This document shows positions 62,492-64,000 of a DNA stretch of 64,000 bases, in pieces. Source of the stretch: Lama guanicoe (lineage: Eukaryota). The notes under the pieces are model-generated. The model did not search any database. It saw nothing but the letters and a program-made list of their open reading frames with translations, and was not told the origin of the DNA. The DNA is taken from contig MU053934.1 in assembly GCA_013239625.1 (NCBI GenBank), positions 8,639,352 to 8,703,351 on the forward strand, written 5' to 3'. A program made the position numbers and the translations under genes. Position 1 is the stretch's first letter. Each line of letters begins with the position of its first letter.

Positions 62492-62545
62492 CTGGTGGCG
62501 CGCGAGTTCCACGGAGAGCGCCTCGGGCCGGCTCTGCAGCTCCAT
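62492..62545 (-). CDS. PHF21B: PHF21B coding exon 1 (MELQSRPEALSVELARHQ), phase-0 donor
   Basis: Minus strand reads GCAGGG-ATGG (good Kozak context), 54 nt encoding MELQSRPEALSVELARHQ, then CAG|GTAGGA. Matches the recalled mammalian PHF21B N-terminus. Confidence 0.95.
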
Positions 62546-64000
62546 CCCTGCAACTTGGGCAGCACTTTGCGCTCACTTTGGCCCAGGCTCCCGGGAAGTT
62601 GCGCGGCTCCGCGGGGACGGGGGCGGCCGGGGGCGGACCAGGTCTCGGGGGAGGGGGGACACGAGCCCCCTCCCTCAAGGCCGAAAGGGAGGGAGGGTCT
62701 GGTGAGGAGGTAAGAAAAGCAGCCGGGCTCCGCGGCGCCGAGCCCGCGGCCGCCCCAACTCCTCAGGCTGCCCGGCAAGTTGCGCCGGGTCCCGGGGCTG
62801 CCGGCGCGGCCCGGCGCATGGCCCCCCGGCGCCGGGAGCCCCGCGCAGCCCCGCGCGCTCCCGCTCCTCCGCCGCCCGCCGGCAGGGACTATATTTCCTC
62901 CGGCGCGCGCGCCTGGATCTCGCTGGGCCTCGGCAAAGTTGTGCCTCGGCACGATGCTAATTCGGCAGTGCCCGGATGGAGCGGGCCGGGGCGGCGGGGG
63001 GCGGTGCCCGAGCCCGCCGCCCGCCCCGCCCCCGCCCCGCCCGCGCGTGCGCACTGCCGCCCCGCCGCTGCCCGGCGCCCCGAGCGCAGAACAAAAGTGG
63101 TGGCGCGAAGGGGCGCAAACTCGCCGGCCCGCGGCTTGGGCCACCGCCCCGGGGCCGCTCGGGAGGGCGCTTCCCCTCTTCTCCGCCCCGGCGCCCAGCC
63201 AAACCGGAGGAAAACGGGACGCTCAGCCTAAGGCCGGGCTTGTAGATACTTTACGGTGGGAAGGGAAATGTCCACTTTTCCGTTTCTTTTCTCTGGCTTT
63301 CGTCGATCCCTCTTTGCCCCTGCTCCCTCTTTCCTGCCTCCGTCCGCTTTCCTCTCCTACTTTATTTAAATTGTCTTCCACCCCGCATCCCCTGGCCGCT
63401 GTACACTAACGCTGCGACTTGGAAGATTAAATTAGTCGTGTCGCCAGATTCCCCCACCGCCTGATGGCCACCGTGTTGTTTAAACAGTATGAAAATTGAT
63501 CTCTTGACTGTTCCTTTAATGGCTTTTTTTTTAACACTCACAATTAAACTCTCAACAGATGTCACTGGACTTTTTAAGGCTGTTGTTAAAAATCGTAAAC
63601 ATGCCCGGTCAATGGGATATAAAACAATTACAACTACAGCTGCGGAGATCGCATTTCAAAACTCCCAGCCCCACAGCCAGGAGGTTAATGTTCTGGAGTC
63701 GATATTACGCTCGTGGAGTTATCATCCTCATCCATTAACGTCGGAATGATCTGTGCGGTATTGGTCGCATCCTAGTACATCTGAGGGATGCTGGGGAGAA
63801 ATGGTGCAATCTACTCAAAGTACACGTTAAACGTTTAAACTGATCAATCATTATAACTTCATATTCCTCTGCAGCACAAAAAATACCCAGGCACACAGGC
63901 AACCAATGCCCCTTTCAGCATATGCCAACATGCTGCCTTTTCTTCTACTGGCAGCAGAAGTTGCTGGAATTTTTTTTTCAGGTTGGGACCCCAATGTTGT

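Larger units (their letters stand above)
60110..63240. promoter_or_regulatory. CpG island / PHF21B promoter region
   Basis: Very high GC and dense CpG, multiple GGGCGG/CCGCCC GC-boxes (e.g. 63010-63045). Spans exons 1 and 2. Boundaries approximate. Confidence 0.9.

Noticed and set aside
61500..63409. Many overlapping 140-220 aa ORFs
   Set aside because: CpG-island artefacts. Only the short spliced PHF21B exons are supported.

Overview
GC-rich mammalian genomic DNA, probably camelid (tRNA-derived SINEs resembling the camelid Vic-1 family; no Alu or Bov-A seen). The window holds the 5' part of PHF21B (PHD finger protein 21B, paralogue of PHF21A/BHC80) on the minus strand. A CpG island at about 60.1-63.2 kb carries coding exon 1 (62545-62492, MELQSRPEALSVELARHQ), an alternative start exon (61832-61815, MRRQPQ) and exon 2 (61645-61580). 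A 60.2-kb intron 2 follows, then exon 3 (1366-1274); later exons lie beyond position 1. The intron contains L1, L2, MIR, MaLR/ERV LTRs, DNA-transposon relics, SINEs, microsatellites, two N gaps and several AT-rich enhancer-like islands. The best signals are a perfect 21/21 REST RE1 site next to a CTCF-like motif in a CpG-retaining pocket (36147-36237) and a second near-canonical RE1 (60868-60888). The second lies upstream of a candidate unannotated in-frame first exon (60091/60037-60008). Together these suggest a REST feedback circuit acting on a CoREST-complex paralogue. Also notable are two recursive-splice-like AG|GTGAGT sites, a TSD-flanked polyadenylated LTR retrocopy, and a SINE whose body is replaced by a polypurine microsatellite. 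The long ORFs in the ORF track look spurious. Gene and repeat-family names come from recall, not from database searches.
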